In this document: positions 1-11,379 of the stretch, one piece after another
Position numbering within the stretch: the first letter of the stretch is position 1
Layout: the number at the start of each line of letters is the position of its first letter
DNA from: Perna viridis
Taxonomy: Eukaryota
Direction: 5' to 3'
NCBI GenBank assembly: GCA_037379345.1
Contig: CM074512.1
Location: 4,712,001-4,776,000 of the forward strand
Length of the DNA stretch: 64,000 bases
Notes under the pieces: model-generated
The model's input: only the letters and a program-made list of their open reading frames with translations
Databases searched by the model: none
What the model was told of the DNA's origin: nothing
Translations under genes and position numbers: made by a program

Positions 1-686
1 ATGGTAGTTAAGGCAACTCGTGAAATAGAGCTTTGTTACAGCATGAAAAGCCTAAAGGCAAAATCAGATACAATGTTCATGTAACTCACACAGGATGGGT
101 ACAAGTCCTAGCTGAAATTAGGGTAAAGGAGACAACCATTTGATTTGAAGGGGTTTCCATTCATCAGAGACTATAACACACACAGATAAGAAACTTGTTA
201 ATTAGCCAGTTTATCAATTAATTATCATGTAACAGAGAACATGATTCCCTGGCTTTCCCACTTATTGAAGTTATTCATTAAACTACTTTTCCCCATTTTC
301 ATGAAATAATCAGAAATAATTGTAGCAGATACCCAGAAGACATAAAAATGAAAAACTGAAAATTTCGTTTAATTATCTTGTTATACAAAAAAGGCAGTGA
401 TAGGTTAAAGTGAAAATTATGAATTTAAATTTGAATTATTTTCATTCTAAAAATCAGGGGGTAGGTAACTTGTTTTCAAATTTCTTTTTTTGTTACTTAT
501 GGTAATTTGAAAGAAAAATGTGGTATGAACATGAAGTTAAGATATTGAGAATGGGAAACTGAAAGTTTTATTTTAATACTTGCAATACTTTTTTAGTTAT
601 AATCATTTCAAGTCAAGTTGTTATTGTTGAATTAGTACATGTAAGTACTAGATCTCATGCCCTGCTGCATGATAATAAGAGATTAC

Positions 687-2118
687 AGTTAGTTTAGTTT
701 ACAACAATTTTATTTTTTAACTCTACAAAAGTGATAGAACACAAGTTTTACCAACTTATGAAATCTTCTCCCAACAATAATATACAATGCATATGTAAAA
801 ACATTAGAACATTGAGGGCATGCATAAAATCTTTATGAATATTAAAAAAGACAACTTTGAATTAGATTTTACAAGACAATGAAAAAAAAAGAAAAACAAC
901 AGTGCAATGAAAAATAATAATAAAAAAAAAAAGAACACCAATACAATGAAAAAATAATTAAACACCAAAGTTTCAGAAATATATGTACAAAACTGAAGAG
1001 AAACATAAAGTGGATAGGTGGATACACTGTTCTTGTGTGACACTGATTTTACCTCCATAATAATATTAGGTCAGAAATCTTTTTGACCTTTAATAACCAT
1101 GAAGACACTATAAAAAATAAGTATATTTTCTTCGTACGTTAGACCAGTACAATATGGACTCGGTGTAAATCGTAGTTAAGGAAAGACGCAGAGCATCGTA
1201 GCTAGGTCAAACAGATATTTAATTTACGTAGGCCATAATTAAAATATTGGGTAATGTCTAGTTCATGCAAGGTGTTTTTGCTTCGCATTGCACATTTGAA
1301 TCTTGATATTGAATTCACATATCGCACGTCTTCACTTAAATTGTTCCATTCCCTTATAGAAGATGGTATGAATGACTCACTAGTAAATGATAATCTACAG
1401 AAGGGTAATATTATATCAGATCCATTTTGTATCGGATAGACTGTTATACTCTGAACAAGAGGGGGTGAGTTCACTGAGATAGCCTGGAGCATTGCCATTT
1501 TCTATATTGTAAAAATTTGTAATTTTCTCTTTTTTCGCCTTTCAGACAATTTTTCCCAACTTGTTTCTTTGTATAAATAGCTACATTTTGTAAATACTGG
1601 AAGACCTGTTACTATCCTCGCAGCTTCTAATTGCAATTTTTCCAGTTTGTTAGAGTATGTGATACCACAATTATCCCAGACATCACTGGCATATTCTAAG
1701 ATGGGGCGTACACTGTATAAAGACAAGATATAACTTATCAAGATTTTTTCTACTTAACCTAAATTTTAATTTTCATTGTACACACAAGTGTTTGGATACA
1801 CTTAGAATAAGGTTATCAATGTGAGTGTTCCATATACCATTATCAGAGAATGTTACTCCAAGATGCTTATGAGTAGCTGTATTTTGTATTTGCATCCCAT
1901 CGAATGAAACAGTAAATGGCTCCTGTAATTCATTATTAGAAAAAAGCATGATTTCAGTTTTATCTGGGTTAAACGACATAAGCCATTTAGAGGAACAATC
2001 ATTAAATTCTCTTAAATCGTCATTAATTACATTTTTTATGTCTTCAAGATTGGAATTAGAGTAACCCAAAGACTATCATCTGCAAACAATCTAGTTAGAG
2101 AAGATAATTTGTCCCTGA
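687..2118 (-). mobile_element. 5'-truncated, decayed CR1/L2-group non-LTR retrotransposon (RT C-terminus, 3'UTR, (AAACT)n tail)
   Basis: Minus-strand frames give RLFADD, KWLMSFNPDKTE, HKHLGVTFS and RPILEYASDVWD...LEKLQLEAARIVTG, with frameshifts. The 3'UTR ends TAAAATTGTTGTAAACTAAACTAA. Confidence 0.85.
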
Positions 2119-2137
2119 TATTTATATATATATATAT

Positions 2138-3390
2138 CCTTAACCCGCCTTTTCTCTGATGATACATCTTTGGGTTACTCTAGTAATAGTACTGCAAATA
2201 TCAAAACAGTAATAGGAAAGGATCTGGAGGAACTTGCAGACTGGTCAAATAAGTGGTTAATGAACTTTAACCCAGATTAAACCGAAATAATGTTTTTCTC
2301 AAACATTAAAACACCAGATGACCTTTTCCCTAAATGATAATATTATACCGATAACACACAGCCACAGACATCTTGGAATAACTTTTTCACAAGATGGTAA
2401 ATGGAATAACCAAATAGATTCTATTGTTAAAAGTGTGAATAGGCATTTAAACATTTTAAGAATGTTAAAATATAAGCTAAATAGGGATACTCTTTCCAAA
2501 CTCTATACAGTATACATCCGCCCACTTTTTGAATATGGTTGTGAAGTTTGGGATAACTGGAATACTAAATGCATACAGACTTGAAAAACTACAACTTGAG
2601 GCTGCTAGAATTGTTACAGGGTTACTGATATTTACAAAAACAGAATTTTTGTACCCTGAAACATGCTGGGAGCCACTCTTTGAAAGAAGAAAGCGAAGAA
2701 AACTACATTTATTTTACAACATTGTCAATTATAAAGCACCCAACTATCTCAATAACCCCGATGTAACTTCGTATTCCTAACATTGTCGGTTAAAGAGCAC
2801 TTCAGTGCTCATGTTATTTTGTTATTTGTACATATATGCTGACTTTAAATAAAATTTACTTTACTTTTCCTTGAGAATTGGCAAGGATTTAATACAGTCA
2901 TTCTGTAGGCTGTCATTAACATCTGAATCTTTCATTCCTCATTCCTTCTGTTATTGAAGCATGGAACAAACTTGACCCATCTGTTCATGATCTAGGCTCT
3001 CTTTCCAAATTCAAGGCAGCAATAAAAGATAAATCCACAAAAATAACTACACCTTCATATTATTCTTACGGCCCACGAAAATTTAACATAATACTCTCGC
3101 AACTCTGTTGTTCGGCTTCATTTCTAAATGGAGATCTTGCTAAAACTAACATAATGTCTAGCCCAGCATGTAATTGTGGTGCTAAAAATTAGGATGTAAA
3201 TCATTTTTTCTTTGTCTATCCTTTCTACAATGATATCCGAAACGACCTTATTCATAAACTGAATTGGCTACCCATAGAAATAGAAAGTAATATTCTCTTA
3301 AGTGGGCATCAAGATCTTACAAACGAAATGAATGTAGCAATTGTAGAAGAAGTTTTAACATTTATCAAGAAATCGAAACGTTTCCAGTAA
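2138..3390 (+). mobile_element. Second decayed CR1/L2-group LINE of a related family
   Basis: LTRLFSDDTSLGY, HRHLGITFSQDGKWN, IRPLFEYGCEVWD, LEKLQLEAARIVTG, a C-terminal CNCG..HFF motif and a stop at about 3390; contains stops and frameshifts. Confidence 0.85.
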
Positions 3391-3772
3391 GTTTTAGAGT
3401 TAGGAGACTTTTCCAGAAGCGTATTATCTAAATTACTTTCAAATTTTTCCTTTGCAATCTTCTTTATATTATTAACCATATTACGTTGACGTTTACATTT
3501 TTGGATGTCTTAATCCTGTTTATGCTTCAAGACAATCGATCACAAATTCTGATTTCTTTTTTGATAGTGCAGTTAAACCAAGGTTTATCTTTATCACGTA
3601 GGAGAATTGTTTTTGTTGGTATTAATTCCCTGGCCAAATTAGTAAATGTATTCGTAAATTCAACACATATGGCATCGATAGTTAGTTTCAAATCTCTTGT
3701 TTATTTAGGTGTGTGGTATCAATTGAGAACTTTATTTGTCAACATGCTCCCTTTTTAATGCCAAAATATTGT

Positions 3773-4681
3773 CAGTGTCTTAGCTAAGGCAAAATGAAGG
3801 GGCACAGCACCCTGCCCCTATTGAATTCTCCTTAGTGCCCATTGACAATTATCTGAATGTCCCGTTTAGATTACACTCTTGTTAATAAATTATCCCAAGC
3901 CAATTAAGAATTGTCACCTTCATGAACTAAATCATATCATAATTAAACCTCAGGTAATTATCAGTGGTCAATCAGCTGATCATGGTTATCAGATGGTGAT
4001 TGACAAGTAGATATCCCAATTGGACACATTACCATTTTATGGACAGCCAAACATTGGTTAATAAATAATAATAAATAAATAATGTAAACAAACGCATGTT
4101 CCACATGTTATGTTTGTTTATACAAAAATGTCAGTTACCTCCCTTATAATTTCAATATTAAAAAAAATTCTATATCTTCAACAATACAGGGCATTATCCA
4201 AAAGTTGAGATTGCAATAGTTATAGGTAATAATATTCCTCTTAAATAAGTAGGATTTTGATATTTAATTGGAGCAATATAGGAGGGGAACTTTGAACTTC
4301 TGTAATTTGTTAATTGATTAACCACATTTATTTCTTCACATGTACATGTTTTCACTAAGCACTTGATCAACTGAGAAAGGTGTTTTAATACAATAAGGGT
4401 GTCATGCATATATTAATACAGTAAAACTTATTCAGTTTGCAAAATATGACACCACACTGTCCATTTATACATTGTCCTACCTTTATTTTCAGAAGTTGGC
4501 AGGTATGCAATAAGAATACAAACATACAAGAAAGGAAAACAACTGAAGTAAAATATTTGTTACTTAATGAAAATATAACGCTAAGATCAATGTCCATTTT
4601 TGATTGAAAAAAACATGCTACATGTTAAAGTGCCCTCATCCCTGTGCCCCTCTATTTTCTCAAAACCTAGCTAGAGCACTG
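3773..4681. mobile_element. MITE-like non-autonomous DNA transposon with CAGTG termini and a 5-bp TSD (ATTGT)
   Basis: Left end CAGTGTCTTAGCTA..AGGGGCACAG; right end, reverse-complemented, CAGTGCTCTAGCTA..AGGGGCACAG; ATTGT at 3768-3772 and 4682-4686. Confidence 0.65.
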
Positions 4682-5623
4682 ATTGTTAAAAAGTGGGAGT
4701 ATTTGTGATTGTTAAAAAGTGGGAGTATTTGTTTAATTTTGAATAACTATTGCAAAAATAGTATATTTTTATTTTCATTATTTCAAAAATCACAGACCCA
4801 AGTAAAAACAAATTGTTCAAGGTCCATAACTTTTTAGACGCTGACATGCAAACCTTCAAGAGACCATTCAAATGTGTTTGAGTTATTGGGAGTTCAAGAA
4901 ATTGATGACTGAAGATTTAAGTATTTTTTTTTTCGTTGCGGGTCAGAGTTCATCTTTACCTAAATGACCCTTTGATTAATGACGGCTTCAGTTCTTACAC
5001 CTTTTACTACCCAAGCCGACAAAATTGCTAACAAGTTCCAGTTTGTGAGGTTAATTCTCTAAAGATTTATTAACAAATTGTTCCAGAAATCGAAGTTCGA
5101 AATAATCCAAGGTTACATGTATTTATACTGATTATATAGGAGTAAGTTTTGGTACTTTGATTAGAGAAATCATGGATGTCTGAGTTAGAGCAAGTGAAGT
5201 TTAACTGTACATGTACATTGTATTACATCTTAAAATGTGCCTTCTTCAGAAAATATGTGTTTCTGGAATACACTAAATATTCACAATTTTAACTAATATA
5301 TTACATTTCCTAACTTTCTAATTTTGTGACGGGTGAATCACCATGTAAAAACTATATGATAATGAGGGGTAGTTTACCAAACTTCTAGGACTTGTTCCCA
5401 ACTTGTTCAAAGTGGGTTATTCTAGAGAGCATGTTTGTGGCCTGAGAAGAAGGGAACATTTATTTTTATTGGCAATTTTGGCATCATAGTTCATCCAATG
5501 AAAATTAAAGTAACTTTGATAGATCACATATTTACATGCCTGACAAACTTGGTTTCAGCATCTTCCAAATAGGAAGTTTATAAACCAAACATTATACATG
5601 TATGAGATAATTTTTTTTTTCAG

Positions 5624-5664
5624 ATGTAAAGTACCAAGGACAGAGAACAAAATACTACACTTCT
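5624..5664 (+). CDS. Candidate upstream exon of SLC30A6 (xAT-VKYQGQRTKYYTS)
   Basis: T10-CAG acceptor and TCT|GTAAGT donor. The 41 nt are open in the frame that ends in phase 0, matching the phase-0 start at 11296. No homology support. Confidence 0.45.
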
Positions 5665-5694
5665 GTAAGTTTTTCTTAAATTCAAATGCTGTCA

Positions 5695-6218
5695 GCCGTG
5701 CAGGTCCGGGTGTCAAAAGAATAGGCCTGCAGCAGCGCTAAGCTTGTGGTAAAAGGCGACTAAATAGTGCTCAGAACCGTAGCCGGGGGCTAGGGCACTC
5801 TGCCCACAGAGCAACTGGGTTGTGTGCCCCAGGTGGTGGAATGGGGTACCCCTGGTGTGTTGCATGCTGAGGTTGTCAGGCTATAATACGTAAAACCTGA
5901 CCGCAAACCATAGTGATGCACCATGTTGCGAAAGATGCCACGTTCCTCGCCCGTTAAAGAACCCTGCTGTGGTATTCGATAGGAGTAGGAACCTTTGCGC
6001 TCTGCCATAGAAGGCTAAATTGCCAGACCCTACCCATCCCCCTTTTACTAGTGGCGATCAAAATTTGTCGACCCTGTTATCCATTTGTCCCATCCTTTTT
6101 TTTTTCATTTCATCATCATTTCATGTTCATTTTATCATCCATTTCATGTTCATTGTCTGAATATAGCTGAAATATTGCTGCTCGGACGTTAAACCCCAAC
6201 AATCAATCAATCAATCAG
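5695..6218 (+). mobile_element. 5'-truncated SINE (Meta/Deu-domain-like) with (CAAT)n tail and 13-bp TSD
   Basis: TSD TCAAATGCTGTCA at 5682-5694 and 6219-6231; GC-rich body; TAAAAGGCGACTAAA and CGTTAAAGAACCC..TTCGATAGGAGTAGG motifs; tail GGACGTTAAACCCCAACAATCAATCAATCAATC. Confidence 0.8.
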
Positions 6219-6245
6219 TCAAATGCTGTCATGGCAATGACATTA

Positions 6246-7607
6246 TTTTTAGCTCACCGAATGGAAGGTCACATGAGCTATTGCCATCATATGACATCCA
6301 TTTTCATTTGGGGTGTTCAAGGAAGTTGGCATTTTTCAATCAGATTTCAGATATCTCTTACATTTTTATATGACAGCAAAAACTTTGCAATCATATAATA
6401 AAAAATTATGGTGCATTGTCATCATCTTCTGGGTACACTTCGTTTCCCTGCAATAACATTACCTGTGGTTAACCAATTGTTCTGAAATTTTTATATGATT
6501 TTACTAACCACTGAAGGAGGTTCCTGTTTAATTTGGACTTAGTGGCCTCTACTGTTTTAGAAAAAGGGGACAAAATGGTGAAAATAAGTGTTTTATTAAA
6601 ACCCATGCAGAATGATTGGTTTTTTCTTTATTTTCATTGTTTTTTATTGTGATCTTTGTTTATTTCTGGTCAACAAATGTATCAGCAGATTTTATGTGTT
6701 ATGGACCGTTCATAAGTTATAATTATATTTAGTTGGACAATGCCAAAAAATTCAACTTTTTTATTTTTGGTCCGATTTTGAAATTTTTTATTGATTCATC
6801 ATAACTAATCCCTGTCATCAGTTTTCAATCAGATTTCAGATATCTCTTACAGTTTTCGAATTATAAGGGTCAAGGGGGCTAAACCTGAAAAAATGGACTT
6901 TTTAATTTTTGGTCCGATACCCAAAAAAAATTTATATTGGATTTCTCATAAATATCCCTGCCTGCACTTTGCAATAGATTTCAGATATCTCCCACGGTTT
7001 TCTAGTTATAAGGGGTCTAAGGGGCCACACCTGAAAAATAGCCTTTTTATCTCACCTGGCCGAAGGCCTAGTGAGATTTTGCCATCACTTGGTGTCTGTC
7101 GTCGTTGTGGACAAATTTTTAAAAATCTTCTCCTATGAAATTACTAAACAGGCAATGGTAAAATTGTCAAAACGATTCCTCAACTGATATAGGAGTTATG
7201 GCCCTTCTAATATGTATCTTCTAATACAAATGTAGATCATTTAATGAAAATAGGCATATTAGTTTTTTAGTGTAAAGTGCTCAAAATGACTGTTGTGATT
7301 TTTAATCCATTAATAGATATGGCTGCCTATACTAAAAATGGAACTTTGGGGTCGGAAGACAGTTTTTTGAAAAAAATTCAAAAATTGTTGCCTTTAGCAA
7401 AATTCTGGTTCAGGTCATGAAAATGCTATTAAAAGCATTTCTTGCATTTGACAATTTAGTTGATTTTAACTTAGCCTGTCCCAGATGAATTGTTAGTCCT
7501 TATGCTTAAGTGTGTCAAAAACTAATATTGTGTCCACATGTGCCACAACTGTTCAGGGTTCGACCACTTTGGGCGTATCATGCTGTGCTTGACAAAGCTT
7601 TTTATTG
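6246..7607 (+). mobile_element. Nested non-autonomous Helentron-like (HINE) elements
   Basis: TTTTAGCTCACC starts at about 6247 and TTTTATCTCACCTGGCCGAAGG at about 7046. The body and 3' end (GGGTTCGACCAC...CGTATCATGCTG) are homologous to the reverse complement of 42881-43917. Confidence 0.6.
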
Positions 7608-10255
7608 AGTTATAAGGGGGTCTTTTCTATTTTTGGTCCAATTTTGAGAAAAAAAATTATTTGATTCCTAATGAAAATCCCTGACTAAATACAAGAGTTT
7701 TAAGAAGCTTAGCTAATTTACTTTTATCATTTACTGTTTTTGAGATAATGAGGTAAAAAGTGATTATGAATGCACCCTGAAGCAGAACTTTGTACTTAAA
7801 TTGAAATTTCAAAATATTGTGCAATATAGTATATAGTGCTGCTCTCGGTGAAGCTTTTAATTGAGGGTTGTGACGTCAATTGAAGCAAGATTAAGCAAAA
7901 TTTTGTTTGTCTTTTAATACACTTTGAATATGTGACGTGTATTTCATAGTGATTGCTGAAATGAGTTGACAACTGTGGCTAAATATTATGCATTGTGGTC
8001 TTCAAGCAGTTACTTCAATTATATACTAAACATGGCTGCAGAGAAGGGTAACAATATTCAGAGTTACAAAATATTTTGTCTTAAATAACAGGTGTTCAAA
8101 TTAGTATTAGTCTTTGATTCAGGACCGTCAATTTCTGAACAAGGCCCTTTGAATTTCTTTTAGGGGTTTTGATTCTTCAGAATCATAATACTTCTTGTTA
8201 CCGGTTTATATCAGGAACTTCCCTACTATTTCAAAAATCTCTTTCAAGAGCAGTAATTATGTTTCAGGCAATTATTCAGCTCAATAATATTCATAATATT
8301 CTATCATTGCTGCAAATGAAATTAAGATCTTTAAATTTAAATGAAGTTTTGGGGACATCTTTTTTTACCTTCAAAAATTTGAATGTGTTTAGCATGTTGT
8401 TTAATCCATGTATCAGTCAAAATCTTCATCCTTTCATCAATATTTTATAATTGCTAATCAAGAAGTTAAGAGCAGTAGTTTAATCCAGTAAAATTGGCTG
8501 GAAAATTCCAATTGATAATCAAAGTACTCAAGTACTGAATCAATTTGTATCGTTTGAGATGACTCAAGTAATCGTCAAATTGCAAAAATTTGGGATAAAA
8601 GGAAGGACCAAATTCAAATGTATCTTAACACAAGCTTAATGCATGTATTATTATAAATGTTTAATATTGAACTGTTTGTTTTATTTTTAAAAATTCGCCA
8701 TTTCTGATTACAAAACACACATACAATGTACATTTATACCAAGATGCATTATGCATCTTAGCAGTGTGCCAGTTTGTGTAATATTCAGGTTTACATGGAA
8801 CACCTTGTAAATGAATACAAAACTTTAGGACATAGTGCATAATTGAACTACAAACTACTAGTTAGCCATTTCCAGTTTTTTAATTTTCAGGTCAAAATTC
8901 ATTTATCGACCTCCAGGTTGAAACTCTTTTAAAGCATTAAAACTTAATCCACAATCTTTGAAATAAATCATATCTTTAGATACAGGTTCCTCTCAACTAG
9001 ATATACTTCTCAGTCGATAAGCTTTAAAGCTCAAGTGCTACAAGTTATCCCATAGACATGATATGTGTCATGTAAAAAGCACTTAGTTTCTGGGCACTTA
9101 GTTTCACAGCTAGACTCATACATTAACATAAATTATAATATCTAATAATATAACATAATTTCACCAATGGTGTCTGGTGCAGGAAACATAAGCCATGCAC
9201 TTTTAAGTCCTGGACTACCTACAGCTCTATTGTAATAACATACAAATGGTCTAAATAGCCAAGTAGAATGATTTTTTTGCAAAAAAAAAAACAATAACAC
9301 AAGACCCAAAAATGACACATTTCTGAGAAATGCATTTTCAAAATTCTTATGCCATCATCTATGTGACATTTCATTTTTATTTGTCATCTGCTGGCTTCTG
9401 ATGTCACAAGGCGGTAACCATAATAAAAATACATGATACTGTGGGTGATATGTCAGGATGGTTTCGAGGGTTATGCTACCTCTTTGTAAAAAAAAAATGG
9501 TCATACAATGAGAGCAAGTAATAGCCTGAAACCCCTTTCTTCATACAAGTTTCTTGATCAGAACCACTGCCCCTTTTATCCACCAGAGCCTTCTTGAAAT
9601 GTCTGAAGACAGCTCTTCCAATTAGTACTCAGCATTCCTCTTTATATTTCAATTCTATGATTGATGACTATTTATGATCTCACCGGGATTTCATTTCTAG
9701 CTAAAATCAAGTGGTTTATTAAGCGTATATAAAAATAAATGGGCATCTTGAATTGACAGGTTTAATGAAGTAATACATGGAAATAAACAGGTACAATACT
9801 GATTTTTAAGTTTGAATTCAGCTATTTTTAAATGGATTGTTGTTAATATAAGCCAGATTAATCAGCATATTTATTTGACAGTAGAAGTTGTTATTGTGTT
9901 TGTTTATTGTCTGTTACCTTCAAAGTGGACCTAATTATATGCATTTGAACCATAGTGGAGAATGCCAATGTGACTATTTTCCTGTGGTATTGTAAGATAT
10001 TTGCAGATGCTATCAGGTTTTATAAATCTAAGTGCTCAGGTGACTGCTATATCAATTCTGACCTTTGATCGAAATTGATAAAAAGCATATAGTTGTACAT
10101 CTAGGAAATAGTTTTCTAAAGCAGAATTTTTTAAATGTAATTACAATTTAATTTTTGGACTGGTTTAAAAAATTGTTAAATGGGTTAAATGGAACAATGT
10201 AAATGTTTGTGAAGTTGGATAATGTTCAATTATTGATATATAGATCATATCCTAC

Positions 10256-11043
10256 CTGTACAGTAATCAGTCTGTGTTATATGCCTTAATGTATAGGCAA
10301 GTATGTACAGTAATCACTCTGTGTTTTACTCCTTACATGTATTGGCAAGTATGTACAGTTATCACTCTGTGTTATACTCCTTACATGTATAGGCAAGTGT
10401 GTACAGTAATCACTCTGTTATACTCCTTACATGTATAGGCAAGTATGTACAGTAATCACTCTGTGTTATACACCTTACATGTATAGTGTAGTATATACAG
10501 TAATTCACTCTGTTATACTCCTTAAATGTATAGGTAAGTATATACAGTAATCACTCTGTGTTATAATCCTAACATGTATGGGTGAGTATATACAGTGATC
10601 ACTATGTTTTATGCTCTTTAAATGTATAGTCTAGTATATACTGTAATCACTCTGTGTTATACTCCTTACATGTATGAGCAAGTATGTACAGTAATCACTC
10701 TGTGTTATACTCTTTACATGTACATGTATAGTCTAGTATATACAGTAATCACTCCATGTTATACTCCTTACATGTATAGATGAGTATATACAGTAATCAC
10801 TGTGTTGTACTCCTTACATGTATATTCTATTATGTACAATAATCACTGTGTTATACTCCGTACATGTATAGTCTAGTATATACAGTGATCATTCTGTGTT
10901 ATACTCCTTACATGTAAGGTGAGTATAAACAGTAATCACTCTGTGTTATATTCCTTACATGTATAGGTTAGTACGTACAGTAATCACTTTGTGTTATACT
11001 CCTTACATGGGTAGGTGAGTATATACAGTAATCACTCTGTGTT
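10256..11043. repeat. Minisatellite, ~48-bp unit, ~16 copies
   Basis: Unit ACAGTAATCACTCTGTGTTATACTCCTTACATGTATAGGCAAGTATGT. Confidence 0.95.
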
Positions 11044-11295
11044 GATTGAAATAAGATACATGAATTTTGTACTTGTTGCTACCTACAGTGTTGGATTTTT
11101 TTTTTGAATTTCTCTTTTTTTTAAAATGCAGTATTTAGAGTGTGTTGGTTCTGTTAGGTGTGTAATTCTACTTGTAGTTCATATATCTTATTGAGCAATC
11201 ACAATGAAATCACATCTTATTTTTACCATCAATTATATGTGATTTATGTCTGGTATAAAGATGACTTCTTACTAAAATTGGTTTATCTTTTGTAG

Positions 11296-11379
11296 GGAAC
11301 AATTTACCCTCTAGCCACTCAGCGATCATTACTTACTACTTTCCTTAAAGAAATTTCAAGCATCACAAGATTACAACAG
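11296..11379 (+). CDS. SLC30A6: SLC30A6 exon (GTIYPLATQRSLLTTFLKEISSITRLQQ)
   Basis: tgtag|GGA ... CAG|gtaaag; resembles the ZnT6 N-terminus GTIH...QRS. Confidence 0.85.
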
